The notes: generated by a model from the sequence alone, not told the origin. A stretch of 64,000 nucleotides of DNA from Parcubacteria bacterium C7867-008 (GCA_001189215.1 LFCR01000004.1:249635-313634); one strand, 5' to 3'. Shown: positions 44,129 to 54,819, numbered from the stretch's first letter. A program made the numbers and translations.

Positions 44129-45421
44129 CTAGAAGGGCGAGAATATAGGATTTATATTAACAATCACCGTTGCAGACGTTGCTCCATCAATACAGTCCAC
44201 ACGGTAGACGGATTGTTTCGTGATTGGAGGTGTTGGGAAAGATGCTGACGCTAGACAGGATGCTGGAGTAATAACTCTATTTACTCCTGGTCCCGTTACC
44301 GTACAGGTCTGATTAAGACCAGAACCAGTGACGGTAAGAGTTGCTGATGTACCGGTGCGTACACGACTTGGTGTGGCCTTTATAGAGACCGTGGGACTGG
44401 TACAAGTGTCTGCGGGCACCGTACACGCCCCATCAGTCTTAGTGCCAGATACTAGTCCACCACAACCATCAGAACAGCTGTCTCCTACACATGTATTCGT
44501 CTTACAAGATGTATCTGCTACGCAACCAGGGTCTGGATCGGTACAGGCAGGATAGACACCAACTTGTCCTGTATCAGCACACGTTGGGGCGTCATAACAT
44601 GCAGGCCAAACTCCCAACTGACCACTGTCTGCACACGTTGGCGGTATTGGATCTGTACACGCTGGATACACACCTACTTTTCCGAAATCAGCACACGTTG
44701 GTGGGTCAAAGGGAACACAGGCAGGGTATGTTCCAACCAAACCAAGGTCTTCACAAGTTGGAAGTGGACACGCGGGGTATGGGCCTGAAGAGCCGTTTGA
44801 ACATCCTGGTAGGGGTAGCGGACACGCCGGGTATGGTCCTACAGAACCATTGGTACAGGTTGGTGGTGGGAGTGGACATGCGGGATACGGACCAGCAGAA
44901 CCGTTAGTGCATTCTGGTATAGGGAGTGGGCATGCCGGGTATGGACCAGGTGATCCGTTTGTACATGAAGGCGGCGGTAGCGGACACGCCGGGTATGGTC
45001 CTACAGAACCATTGGTACAGGTTGGTGGTGGGCAAAGAGAATCAGATGGTGTTGCAGCTGAACACGCTCCGTCACACTGAATCGTTCCTGAACCAGTCAT
45101 TCCGCAACTGTTTCCACCGGAAGAACATGAGTTGCCTGCGTTAGCTACACAGGCAGGAGGATCAGGAATAAATACTTCCCAACAATAATCAGCCGGGCAG
45201 AATCCTGGTAGCCCGCTGCATGGGCCATAGCATTCAGATCCCGGAGGCGGCCCACCACATTCAGGAGGACCAATAAAGAGACCGAACCAGGTTTGGAAGC
45301 AACCTGCCCAATGTCCAGATTCTGCACGCGCCATATTCGAACTTATGGCCATGGCAAATAGGAGTATCGCTATAGCTGCTACGTATATACAAGCACGGAG
45401 TGAGATGAATCGGCGGATCAT
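44129..45421 (-). CDS. Secreted Cys/Pro-rich repeat protein with conserved C-terminal domain (paralog 1)
   Basis: Signal peptide, CTNGSxGPYPACP and PTCADxGxxGxYPAC repeats, ends NINPIFSPF. Confidence 0.85.
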   Translation of the reverse strand: MIRRFISLRACIYVAAIAILLFAMAISSNMARAESGHWAGCFQTWFGLFIGPPECGGPPPGSECYGPCSGLPGFCPADYCWEVFIPDPPACVANAGNSCSSGGNSCGMTGSGTIQCDGACSAATPSDSLCPPPTCTNGSVGPYPACPLPPPSCTNGSPGPYPACPLPIPECTNGSAGPYPACPLPPPTCTNGSVGPYPACPLPLPGCSNGSSGPYPACPLPTCEDLGLVGTYPACVPFDPPTCADFGKVGVYPACTDPIPPTCADSGQLGVWPACYDAPTCADTGQVGVYPACTDPDPGCVADTSCKTNTCVGDSCSDGCGGLVSGTKTDGACTVPADTCTSPTVSIKATPSRVRTGTSATLTVTGSGLNQTCTVTGPGVNRVITPASCLASASFPTPPITKQSVYRVDCIDGATSATVIVNINPIFSPF

Positions 45422-46386
45422 AGGGCAATGTCGATTAGTGTTCCAAATGCTGGAAGACCAGGAATAGTGCTTCCGGAACTGTTAGCCGTGAGGCCATACT
45501 TCCAAAGAGTATCTCCAGTCGTAGAGTGTTGAATGAAGTAGAGTGCAGAACTTCCAAGCACGAGAGATGGGCTCTTCGCGTCTACATACGTGGCAATCTC
45601 TCGTACTCCTTGTGGTGTAAGCAGTCCAAGATGAGCTGTAGCTGTATCGGGAGTAACCCATGCCACCAGCGCTGCATCACGTGATACAGCTGGTGCTGGA
45701 TATGGCACCGGTGTTGCAATAACGTTTGGTGCATAGATCGAACTTACCCCATTATCAATGTTGTATTTAATGATTCCCTGTTCTGAGAACCACGCGACTT
45801 CAGAATCACTTATGAAGAAGGGTGAAAAGCCAGCACCTATGTAGCGTGGTGTTGTGGTTCCTTCTGATAGAAGCATCACACGCGTTGGAAATATGGCTTT
45901 GTTAGTATCGTGAGCAGTTTCAATACCCGCTCGACTCGCCTGTGCAAAAGCAACGCGCATACCATTCGGTGATATTGCTGCACTAGTTTTTACATCTTCT
46001 GAACCATACAGAAGCGTAGTGTCACCTCGTACTTCATAGATGTTTTCAGGTCCAAGTTGGATTGATGCTACGTGATTGCCACGGCGTGAAATAGATAGTG
46101 TTGAGAAAGTACTACCAAGACTTACCGGGGCATAGTTGCCATCGGTCATGCGGTAGAGCGTATTTACCTTATCTTGCTGGTAGAGGAAGAACCCATCTTT
46201 AAGATCTGCTGGCAGGAGACTCGCCGTTAGTGGTCGGAATAGATCCGGCATGTACGTAGCGAATATTATAATAATCGCAGTAAGCACGACTGCTATTGAG
46301 GCAATGATAAATGCCCATGTTGCAAAGCGATTCTTATGAGGCATCGAATGCAGTGGTACAGAATGGCTTGGGGTTTCTTCTTGCAT
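45418..46386 (-). CDS. Membrane-anchored beta-propeller-like protein (paralog 1)
   Basis: TM, ISPNGMRVAF, GFSPFFI..EVAW, SRDAALVAW; stop overlaps next start (ATGA). Confidence 0.75.
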   Translation of the reverse strand: MQEETPSHSVPLHSMPHKNRFATWAFIIASIAVVLTAIIIIFATYMPDLFRPLTASLLPADLKDGFFLYQQDKVNTLYRMTDGNYAPVSLGSTFSTLSISRRGNHVASIQLGPENIYEVRGDTTLLYGSEDVKTSAAISPNGMRVAFAQASRAGIETAHDTNKAIFPTRVMLLSEGTTTPRYIGAGFSPFFISDSEVAWFSEQGIIKYNIDNGVSSIYAPNVIATPVPYPAPAVSRDAALVAWVTPDTATAHLGLLTPQGVREIATYVDAKSPSLVLGSSALYFIQHSTTGDTLWKYGLTANSSGSTIPGLPAFGTLIDIAL

Positions 46387-46435
46387 ATACCTAAAGCCTA
46401 CCACCATCTGAGCAGATGAAGATCGGGTCTGTGAA

Positions 46436-47392
46436 TTAGTCCTCGTCTTCTGCAGCACCAACTCCCCCATTCGCTGCAGCAGTTTGCAGAGACTCAACAA
46501 TTGAATCCAAGTTTCCGAGCATTATCTTTGGGAGATTGTGCCAAGACTCTTTTAGACGGTGGTCGGTAATACGGTCTTGAAGGAAGTTATAGGTACGAAT
46601 CTTCTCTGAGCGATCACCGGTTCCGATCTGTCCAGCTCGTAGTGCTGCGTGTTTCTTGGCCTCTTCTTCTTCATACAGTGTCTCAAGCTTTGCTGACAGA
46701 ATTTCCATAGCCTTGAGTCGGTTATTAAGCTGGGACCGCTCGCTGGTCGAACGTACGTCGATACCGGTTGGTTTGTGAATAAGACGGACTGCGGACTCTA
46801 CTTTGTTCACATTCTGCCCTCCTGCTCCACCCGAGCGAGAAAACTCCATTTCAATATCTGCTGGATTGATTTCAAACTTTGGCTTTGTACGTATAGGAAG
46901 TGAAGCGACTGAAGCAGTTGAGGTATGAATACGTCCAGACTTCTCGGTAAGAGGGACACGCTGTACGCGATGAACCCCCGTTTCATAACGAAGGGCTGCA
47001 TATGCCTCAGGACTTTCAATTTCAAGTGTCAGTTCATCTATGATTCGTACACGCCACCGCTTAGACTCTGCGTATTTCTGATACATCTCTTTCAGTTCCT
47101 GTGCGAAGAGTGTCGCCTCGTCACCGCCAGCGCCAGCACGGAACTCAAGTACCACTGCCTTAGGAATACTTTCCTCTTCTTTTTCTTTATCTAAAATATC
47201 TTCAATAGTTGAAAGAATTTCTTTCTGGCGTGCATCGATATGATCCTCATCTTCTGCAGCCATCTCAAGCAATACGGCATCCTCACCTGCTGCTTCACGA
47301 CCACTACTACGCTGCGCCTCAAGACGTTCGAATTCCTCCGCAAGATATGCGGTCTTATGATTGTTCTTGAATTCGGATGAGTATTCGATCAT
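46436..47392 (-). CDS. prfA: Peptide chain release factor 1
   Basis: [12 protein letters not shown] (PxT), [19 protein letters not shown]. Confidence 0.93.
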   Translation of the reverse strand: MIEYSSEFKNNHKTAYLAEEFERLEAQRSSGREAAGEDAVLLEMAAEDEDHIDARQKEILSTIEDILDKEKEEESIPKAVVLEFRAGAGGDEATLFAQELKEMYQKYAESKRWRVRIIDELTLEIESPEAYAALRYETGVHRVQRVPLTEKSGRIHTSTASVASLPIRTKPKFEINPADIEMEFSRSGGAGGQNVNKVESAVRLIHKPTGIDVRSTSERSQLNNRLKAMEILSAKLETLYEEEEAKKHAALRAGQIGTGDRSEKIRTYNFLQDRITDHRLKESWHNLPKIMLGNLDSIVESLQTAAANGGVGAAEDED

Positions 47393-47462
47393 AGATATAT
47401 GGTAGCAAAATAAATATGAAAGAGAGGTCCTGTTTGAAACAGGACCTCTCTTTCATGCGTCG

Positions 47463-47717
47463 TTACTTAGCCTTTGCTGCCGCAGCACGCTGCTTGAAGC
47501 GTTCAACGCGACCAGTCTTGTCGAGGGAACGATCCTCACCAGTATAGAATGGGTGAGACTTGCTGGAGATTTCAACCACTACCTTAGGGTATTCCTTGCC
47601 CTCGTATGTACCGGTTTCGGTAGTACGGATGGTGGATCCAATAAGGAAAACCGCGCCCGAAGACATATCTTCGAACATCACAGTGCGGTAGCCCTCTGGG
47701 TGAATATCTTTCTTCAT
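47463..47717 (-). CDS. rpmE: 50S ribosomal protein L31 (type B)
   Basis: MKKDIHP, EISSKSHPFYTG, GRVERF. Confidence 0.93.
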   Translation of the reverse strand: MKKDIHPEGYRTVMFEDMSSGAVFLIGSTIRTTETGTYEGKEYPKVVVEISSKSHPFYTGEDRSLDKTGRVERFKQRAAAAKAK

Positions 47718-47782
47718 AGTGGAATGACTATATCAAACAGAACCGCGCCAGGCAATGCCTGGCGCGGTTCTGTACTAACTGC

Positions 47783-49144
47783 CTAGAATGGCGTGAACTT
47801 AGGGATGAGATTCACAATAATGGTTTCTGTTGCCCCTCCTTCGGCGCAGAGCACTGTATAGACTGACTGCTTAGTGATTGTTGGGGTCGTAATTGTTGCT
47901 GAGAGATTGCAAGAATTTGGTACCAGAATTTGACTCACACCCGGACCGGTGACCGTACAACCGAGATTGAGACCTGATCCAGTGATGGTAATGGTAGATG
48001 TACCACCAACCTGCACGCGAGATGGAGATGCCTTGATGGTTACTGTTGGACCTGTGCAAGACATAGGAGGTCCTCCTGAAGGAACCTCACACTCGTCGAT
48101 TGTTTTTGTACCGGATGCAGTACCTCCACAACCATCTGCGCAAGTATCACCTGCGCAAGTATTTGCCTTGCAGGAAAGGTCAGGTACACACCCAGGGACT
48201 GGATCACTACACGCTGGGTATGTACCAATCTGGCCAAAATCTTCACAGGTTGGTTCGGGCGGTTCTGGCGGAAGACCTGGGTCTGGATAGCAGAACGGAT
48301 ACGTGCCAAGAAGACCAAGATCAGCACAAGTCGGGGTTGGTGGTGCATGACACGGAGGCGGACCTATAAAACCCAAATCTTCACACGTATCAACTACTGG
48401 CGGTGGCACTATTGGACAGGTTGGATATGGGCCAGGTGATCCGTTTGTACACTCTGGCGGGACTGGTGGATCCACCGGGCATGACGGGTATGGGCCTGGT
48501 GAACCGTTTGGACAAACTGGTGGCTCTGTAGGCCCAACAGGACATTCTGGGTAAGGGCCAGGCGAACCATTACTACAAGGCGGGTAGTAACAAGCTGGAT
48601 AGGTACCAAGTTGCCCGTAATCTGCACAAGTGGGCGCATCGTAACATGCTGGGTATGTTCCTAGCTGTCCGCTGTCTGCACAGGTCGGTGTTGGAGGGAC
48701 GGGGCATAGTCCCCCATCAGGAGTAACAGCATCACAATTCCCATCGCAATCTATAGTGCCGGAACCTCTCATACCACAAGCATTTGCTCCTGAAGAACAA
48801 GAATTACCACTCGTTGAAACGCATGATGGTGGTGGCGTAGGCGAGCAATCTCCACTTGGAAGAGTGAAGAAACCAAAAGATTCGCAGGTTATTTTATCTA
48901 TACAACCCTGACTGTTAGAACATTCATACGCGCCACCAAACCAGGTACCACACACATCTACACAAAAATACTCTTGCCCAGGAGGACAAGGGAATGGAAC
49001 TGCAAAAGGACAAATTTCACCCACCTGTCCAACTGCGACTTTTGGAAGCACTGTATCTGAAAAGAGCCCTATCGCGAAAATAGCTGCAGCCAACACATAG
49101 ACAGCAATCGGACCATACGAACTAGTGTGCAACAGATTCTTCAT
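47783..49144 (-). CDS. Secreted Cys/Pro-rich repeat protein (paralog 2)
   Basis: Same repeat types as paralog 1; ends NLIPKFTPF. Confidence 0.85.
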   Translation of the reverse strand: MKNLLHTSSYGPIAVYVLAAAIFAIGLFSDTVLPKVAVGQVGEICPFAVPFPCPPGQEYFCVDVCGTWFGGAYECSNSQGCIDKITCESFGFFTLPSGDCSPTPPPSCVSTSGNSCSSGANACGMRGSGTIDCDGNCDAVTPDGGLCPVPPTPTCADSGQLGTYPACYDAPTCADYGQLGTYPACYYPPCSNGSPGPYPECPVGPTEPPVCPNGSPGPYPSCPVDPPVPPECTNGSPGPYPTCPIVPPPVVDTCEDLGFIGPPPCHAPPTPTCADLGLLGTYPFCYPDPGLPPEPPEPTCEDFGQIGTYPACSDPVPGCVPDLSCKANTCAGDTCADGCGGTASGTKTIDECEVPSGGPPMSCTGPTVTIKASPSRVQVGGTSTITITGSGLNLGCTVTGPGVSQILVPNSCNLSATITTPTITKQSVYTVLCAEGGATETIIVNLIPKFTPF

Positions 49145-49146
49145 AA

Positions 49147-50007
49147 TTACGGTAGTAAGGAGTTAACACCAAGAGACACCGGAATAGTTGTCACCTTTTC
49201 AACCACATCGCCCTCAACTGCATGTCGCCATATTTCAGGACCTTTAGGATTCTTACGAAGTTCGTATAAGTTTGTATTAGTAAGAATTGGATTAGTAAAT
49301 CGCTTAAAGGTGCGGAGATTCGTAAATGACGATGCACTTATTCGACTTAGGATAATATCGCCACCAATCTTATTGGACCACATAACAAGGGAGTGGTCTG
49401 GAGAGTACTGAACCTTAGAATCCAGCATAGATCCTTCTGGATATTTAAAGACGAGCTTTGCAGACTTTGTGGTGAGATCATACATAACAACACCTGCAAC
49501 GCTGAAATAACTTATGTGGGTGTTATCTACAAATACAGGAGCATAGCCGTGTGCAATTACCGCGCCCTCTGGATTCGATACGTTGCGCAACACAATATTC
49601 CAATCATTAGGTGAAATCTTCTTACCCGTAAATAACTGGGTTATTTGATCCGAAGGGGTTTTGTATGAAACTACAACATTTGCCCCATCTGGGGATGTAC
49701 TTTCTATAGCCGTGAGGGCACCTGTACCACTATCAGCTTTGAGACCAAGGTTCGAGAGATGGTATGACTTGCTATTTTTATTGTCCCCTACAAAGAAATG
49801 AACTGATCTTAGGTCTTGCGGTACGGAAAGAGCGAGTACTGCCCCATCAATAACTTTCGTAAATGGTTTGTAGAAGAAGTACGCGGCAACAGAGCACCCT
49901 AGAAGAAGTAGAACTAAACCAACAACAAAAACTGCTACAAGCAATTTACGTGATGGCTTTGCAGGAGAGGTAGGTATCTCGTAGGTCGGAGCGGTCACTT
50001 CATCCAT
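49147..50007 (-). CDS. Membrane-anchored beta-propeller-like protein (paralog 2)
   Basis: TM, SPDGANVVV, GYAPVFVDNTHISY, YSPDHSLVMW. Confidence 0.75.
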   Translation of the reverse strand: MDEVTAPTYEIPTSPAKPSRKLLVAVFVVGLVLLLLGCSVAAYFFYKPFTKVIDGAVLALSVPQDLRSVHFFVGDNKNSKSYHLSNLGLKADSGTGALTAIESTSPDGANVVVSYKTPSDQITQLFTGKKISPNDWNIVLRNVSNPEGAVIAHGYAPVFVDNTHISYFSVAGVVMYDLTTKSAKLVFKYPEGSMLDSKVQYSPDHSLVMWSNKIGGDIILSRISASSFTNLRTFKRFTNPILTNTNLYELRKNPKGPEIWRHAVEGDVVEKVTTIPVSLGVNSLLP

Positions 50008-50133
50008 AGACGTTTATAATTTCAACTATATCCTAATAATCAAACATACTCATTAGGTCATGGGGAGAACGCATAGACGCTTCCAACAAGCGTCATTTGC
50101 CTTACTAAGGAATTCGAATTGGCTTTACAAACC

Positions 50134-51663
50134 CTAGAAGGGGCTGAATGTTGGCAGAATATTTACAATTACCGTTGTGCTTGTCGGAGTCTCCGCACAC
50201 GTGACGGTGTAGGTAGATTGCTTGGTTATTGCAGGAGTCGTAATACTTGCTGCAATGTTACAGCTCGTCGGGGTAAGAACTTGAGTTACTCCTGGACCAG
50301 TTATGGTACAGGTCTGATTGAGTCCTGAGCCAGTAACCGTAATGGTTGTTGTGTTACCGGGACGGACTCGTGATGGTACTGCAGTTACAGAGACTGATGG
50401 ACTTGTACAGGCACCGCCACCAGGTGGCACTACACATACCCCATCGGTCTTAGTCCCTGACGCGAGTCCTCCGCAACCGTCTGCGCAGCTATATCCCACA
50501 CATGTATTTGCCTTGCACGAGAGATCAGGAACACAATCTGAAGGCGCATCGTAACAATACGGATAACTTCCAAGCTGACCAGAATCTGCACAGGTAGGGT
50601 CTGGTGTTGTAACTGGGCAGGTTGGATACGGACCAGGTGATCCGTTTGTACATGATGGCGGTGGAGCAACTGGGCATGAAGGATATGGACCAGATGACCC
50701 GTTACTACACGTTAATGGGCATGTTGGATACGGACCAGGTGATCCGTTTGTACATGAAGTGGGTTCGTCGTAATAACATGCGGGAAAGAGACCGAGCATA
50801 CCGAAATCAGCACATGTTGGAGGAGCAAAACATGCTGGATACGTTCCAAGTAAGCCGGAGTCAGCGCAGGTAGGAGGTAGCGGACAGGATGGGGCTGGGC
50901 CTGCTGAGCCGTTTGTACAACCGGGTGCAATTGGGCAACTAGGATATGGGCCTGCTGAACCATTTGCGCAGGGTGGGTCATAGCAGAATGGGTAGGTACC
51001 AAGCTGCCCAGAATCTGCACAAGTTGGTGCATCGTAACAAGCTGGGTACGTTCCTAGCTGTCCGCTGTCTGCACAGGTAGGAGGTAGCGGGCAGGATGGA
51101 TACGGGCCAGAAGAACCATTTGTACAGCTACAACTAGACTCTGGGGGAGCGCTCACAGAACATGAGCCACTGACGATAGTTCCTGTATTACTCATCCCGC
51201 AGGAGTTTGTTGCGGTACAAGATACTGAACAACTCATGGTTCCACTAACTGAACCTCCACAACCATCAGAGCAGGTGTCAGTAGTACAAGTACTTGCTGC
51301 ACATGAGGAAGATGGAGTACATGCAGGAGGTGTATATACACAGGCATACTCATGGGTGTAGTAGTATCCTGCATCTCCACTTCCACCTGCACACACAAGA
51401 TTGCTACATGTTCTACCAACATTAGCAGCATTACAGGAGAAACTACAATTCCCGGTGCTATGACACGGAGCAAAGGTCTCACCAAAATTCTCATCACTGT
51501 CTACGCCGCTCTCTGGGAACGTCATGACAAGTTCGTATGTGCCTGCTGCGTCTGCAGATTGTGTATGAGTGTAAGCAAAATAGACTATGACTGCTCCAGC
51601 GAACACCGCCAACACCAGTAGTAAGCTACTCCGAAGCCGTGGACTAAGTGCTTTCATATACAT
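50134..51663 (-). CDS. Secreted Cys/Pro-rich repeat protein (paralog 3)
   Basis: Same repeat types as paralog 1; ends NILPTFSPF. Confidence 0.85.
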   Translation of the reverse strand: MYMKALSPRLRSSLLLVLAVFAGAVIVYFAYTHTQSADAAGTYELVMTFPESGVDSDENFGETFAPCHSTGNCSFSCNAANVGRTCSNLVCAGGSGDAGYYYTHEYACVYTPPACTPSSSCAASTCTTDTCSDGCGGSVSGTMSCSVSCTATNSCGMSNTGTIVSGSCSVSAPPESSCSCTNGSSGPYPSCPLPPTCADSGQLGTYPACYDAPTCADSGQLGTYPFCYDPPCANGSAGPYPSCPIAPGCTNGSAGPAPSCPLPPTCADSGLLGTYPACFAPPTCADFGMLGLFPACYYDEPTSCTNGSPGPYPTCPLTCSNGSSGPYPSCPVAPPPSCTNGSPGPYPTCPVTTPDPTCADSGQLGSYPYCYDAPSDCVPDLSCKANTCVGYSCADGCGGLASGTKTDGVCVVPPGGGACTSPSVSVTAVPSRVRPGNTTTITVTGSGLNQTCTITGPGVTQVLTPTSCNIAASITTPAITKQSTYTVTCAETPTSTTVIVNILPTFSPF

Positions 51664-51665
51664 AA

Positions 51666-52667
51666 TTATATGCTCCCTAGTAGAACTCTTCCTATACCAA
51701 GATTCCCCGGTAGGCGCCCAACACTAGCAGATTCCTGGCCAAAGGGCTGCTTAAACAATTCTGCATATCCGTGAGCAATACTAATTATGAAAAACCCATC
51801 ATTACCAAGTGCTAATGAGCGCATTGAACCAGAAATAGCTGTTGGTGGAAGTGGTTCTGCAGAATCTGTATTCACCTTATACGCAAGAAGTGTTTTTGAC
51901 CCCTTACCGTACCACGCAATAACTGAATGGTCGGGCGACACTAATGCGGTTGCGATAACTCGACCACCAACATCAGGCACCAACACCTTTGTGACGCCTG
52001 TAGTGAGGTCCATTACCGCAAGTCCTGCTGGCGCAATCCACGCTACATGTGTCTGATCTATAAAGAATGGTGATACCCCCTTGCCGAGATTTATGGTTGA
52101 ACGAGATGCTGGTTCATACATAATAATTTCCCAACGCTTACGATCGAGTGGAAGCAAAGCACCTTCTGCAGGAGAAATGAATGAAGAAATTTCAAGTGAT
52201 TGAGCAAACACGACTCGTGTGCCATCCGGTGAACGGCTAATGCCTATACGCGGGAATGAATCTTTGAATAAAACTTTCTCATCAAGTGATACTGAGAAAT
52301 TACCGCCACCGCTACGTGTTATCCGTGCTTCGCCGGCAGCAGTCTTCTCTGCTGAAACAAGTACCCCTTCAAGAGCCTCTGTTTCCCTAATTGCTTTATC
52401 AAAGCTATATAAGGTGGTTTTTGTTTGATCAGAATCAGCAATAAATGTTGCTCCTTTAAGTTCTGTGGGTATTTTTATTTGCCCAAGCAACGCGCCTATA
52501 TATCCTTTTAGTGGCGTAAATATAAATGCTGCTGCTACCAAGACCAAAATGAGCACTACGGCCCCAATAATTATTAGGTACCTGTTTTTATGAGAAGGTT
52601 CTTGCGCTAGTGGAGGCGTTAGAGATGAAAAATGAGTCGGTCCTACTCCATCTGATTGATCAGGCAT
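51666..52667 (-). CDS. Membrane-anchored beta-propeller-like protein (paralog 3)
   Basis: TM, SPDGTRVVF, GVSPFFIDQTHVAW, VSPDHSVIAW. Confidence 0.75.
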   Translation of the reverse strand: MPDQSDGVGPTHFSSLTPPLAQEPSHKNRYLIIIGAVVLILVLVAAAFIFTPLKGYIGALLGQIKIPTELKGATFIADSDQTKTTLYSFDKAIRETEALEGVLVSAEKTAAGEARITRSGGGNFSVSLDEKVLFKDSFPRIGISRSPDGTRVVFAQSLEISSFISPAEGALLPLDRKRWEIIMYEPASRSTINLGKGVSPFFIDQTHVAWIAPAGLAVMDLTTGVTKVLVPDVGGRVIATALVSPDHSVIAWYGKGSKTLLAYKVNTDSAEPLPPTAISGSMRSLALGNDGFFIISIAHGYAELFKQPFGQESASVGRLPGNLGIGRVLLGSI

Positions 52668-52728
52668 GTATATACTCTAGCATCTATTAAATACAGACTT
52701 TTATAAACAATTGTTGATACAGTACACA

Positions 52729-54102
52729 CTATCCACCGAGCGTATCTATGTCACTCTGGAACTGGTTAACAAATCCCATCACCCCATCACCGTAAAATGC
52801 ATAGGCTGGATTACCGGCATTACCCCATCCTGCAAAGTACCTGAGTGCTGCAAGACGTTCTGCGGAAGGTGTTTGAGCAGTTGCGCCGTTATCTGCCATA
52901 AGAAGTGCTGTTGCAGTGAAGGCATCAAGATTGTTCCAAGGGTTTGCTGGAGAATTTGGGTGTCCTGCAAGTTGCGCTACACGACTCTCATAGATAACCC
53001 ACGTAGAAGGAATAAATTGTCCTGGGCCCATTGCACCACCATATCCATAGGAAGGCGGACATGAGACAGGCTGGGTGTATGGGTCAATACCAAGCTTTGC
53101 GGTTATGGCGAGGAACGGATCAACATCGCGTGTCGGCTTCATCACTCCTGGAAATGGTGTGCCCGTATTCTTTCCCTTTCCATCGCCCTTTGCTGGAGAG
53201 TTAGTTAGGAGACACTGACCAACATTTTTACCTAGATCTGTTTCCTGCTTGAGGATGGCCAGAATAAGTGCGGGACGTACACCGGTTGCAGCACCGGCTT
53301 GTTTTGCAAGGGTAATAGCAACGGGAAGACTAATGGCTCCGTTTCCGCCAGCAAGTGCGAAGAGTTCTGCACGAATCTGTCCCGCGGTCTTTTGCTGTGC
53401 AGCGATAATACTTTGATAGGTTGCTTCCTGACTCTTCGTCTTGGCAAGCAGTACCTTCTTCTGATCTTGTTGATCCTTAATCTTCTGTTGTTCTGCTGCT
53501 TGAATCCCCTTCAAACGCTCAGTCTCTATCTTCTGGTCTTCCAATTGGGACTTCTCAGTTTCAGTCTGACTCTTGGTACGAGTAAGTTCCTTTGAAGATT
53601 CGCCAAGTTGTTGTTTAAGTACGGCGAAAGAATCCAGATCACCAAAGAAACTCGAAACATCCTCCGAAGAGAAGACCAGTTCAACAAGTGAGAAATCATC
53701 TACTTCTCGTGTCTTGCGAACAATCTGTGCAAGAGAGTCTCGCTCATCTGAGAGCCTACCTGTTAAGGTACCGATCGTACTGGCGTGAACCGTAATATTT
53801 TCACCTAGTGCCTGAATTTGGACCTGTGTTGCCTTTATTTGTAGTTGAGACTTCTTAATACCCGCATCAAGAATATTAATGTCTCGTTGAATAGATTGGT
53901 GCTCGCCATTCAATCCTGTGAGGACGGTCTGGGTCTGAGCAATTTGTCCTTCGATTGCATCGAGTTGTGATTGAAGTGCCGCACGACGTGCACCGATATC
54001 GGTTTCTTCTGCACGGGAATAGTATGGAGCAAGCGTACTCGCGAGAATGGCGAGCAGTAGAGCGCTTATAACGAGCGTTGACCAATAGCGTCGCAAGAAC
54101 AT
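52729..54102 (-). CDS. Secreted coiled-coil protein with C-terminal lytic murein transglycosylase domain
   Basis: Signal peptide, PcsB/CwlO-like coiled coil, LKQETDLG and GAMGPGQFIPSTW motifs. Confidence 0.85.
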   Translation of the reverse strand: MFLRRYWSTLVISALLLAILASTLAPYYSRAEETDIGARRAALQSQLDAIEGQIAQTQTVLTGLNGEHQSIQRDINILDAGIKKSQLQIKATQVQIQALGENITVHASTIGTLTGRLSDERDSLAQIVRKTREVDDFSLVELVFSSEDVSSFFGDLDSFAVLKQQLGESSKELTRTKSQTETEKSQLEDQKIETERLKGIQAAEQQKIKDQQDQKKVLLAKTKSQEATYQSIIAAQQKTAGQIRAELFALAGGNGAISLPVAITLAKQAGAATGVRPALILAILKQETDLGKNVGQCLLTNSPAKGDGKGKNTGTPFPGVMKPTRDVDPFLAITAKLGIDPYTQPVSCPPSYGYGGAMGPGQFIPSTWVIYESRVAQLAGHPNSPANPWNNLDAFTATALLMADNGATAQTPSAERLAALRYFAGWGNAGNPAYAFYGDGVMGFVNQFQSDIDTLGG

Positions 54103-54180
54103 GACCAAATCAGTGTACCACGGCATATATAAGAAAGAGACGCGCCATTGACGCGTCTCTTTCTTCATAAAACAACGAAA

Positions 54181-54819
54181 TTATTCTGCTGCTGCCTCTT
54201 CAGATTCGTCAGTCTTACCCTTCTGCTCTACTTCGATAGCATCCATATTAGGTGCTTCTGTAGTCTCTTCCTCCTCAGCAACGTGCTGAACGAGTACTAC
54301 AATTTCGTCAGCCTCAAGCTTAACCACAACACCTGTAGGGAATTTAATGTCACTTATGCGGATCTGATCACCAATGGTAGCAAGTGATGAAATATCAACT
54401 TCGATCTCGTTAGGAAGTTTTGAAGGATCTGCTTCAACTTCGATCTCATGGATAACCTTAACGAGACTAGCTCCCTCCTTAACCGCCTGAGACTCACCAA
54501 TGAATGAAATAGGTACGGCAACTTCAACCTTTGCACCCTTCTCGATTGCGTAGAAGTCTGCGTGGCGAGGTTCGTTAGTAATCGGATCACGACTTACCTC
54601 TTGTATAAGAGCCTGCATTGATGCGCCAATACCAGTGATGTCAACGACCACAGATTCACCGTTCTCACGGAGAATGCGCTTGAACTCACGGAGTGAGATG
54701 GTTACCGGAGTAGCCTCTTTCTTTGGCCCGTAGACTACGGCAGGCATACGGTCTTCGAGAAGCAGTGCCTTAACTGCCTTGCCGGTAATAGTGCGGGGTT
54801 CTGCTGCGAGCGTGTTCAT
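54181..54819 (-). CDS. rplY: 50S ribosomal protein L25/Ctc
   Basis: MPAVVYG, HADFY, VPISFIGES.AVKEG. Confidence 0.92.
   Translation of the reverse strand: MNTLAAEPRTITGKAVKALLLEDRMPAVVYGPKKEATPVTISLREFKRILRENGESVVVDITGIGASMQALIQEVSRDPITNEPRHADFYAIEKGAKVEVAVPISFIGESQAVKEGASLVKVIHEIEVEADPSKLPNEIEVDISSLATIGDQIRISDIKFPTGVVVKLEADEIVVLVQHVAEEEETTEAPNMDAIEVEQKGKTDESEEAAAE

Noticed and set aside
44129-52667. Diversity-generating retroelement acting on the repeat genes
   Set aside because: No reverse transcriptase in the window and repeat mismatches are not adenine-specific
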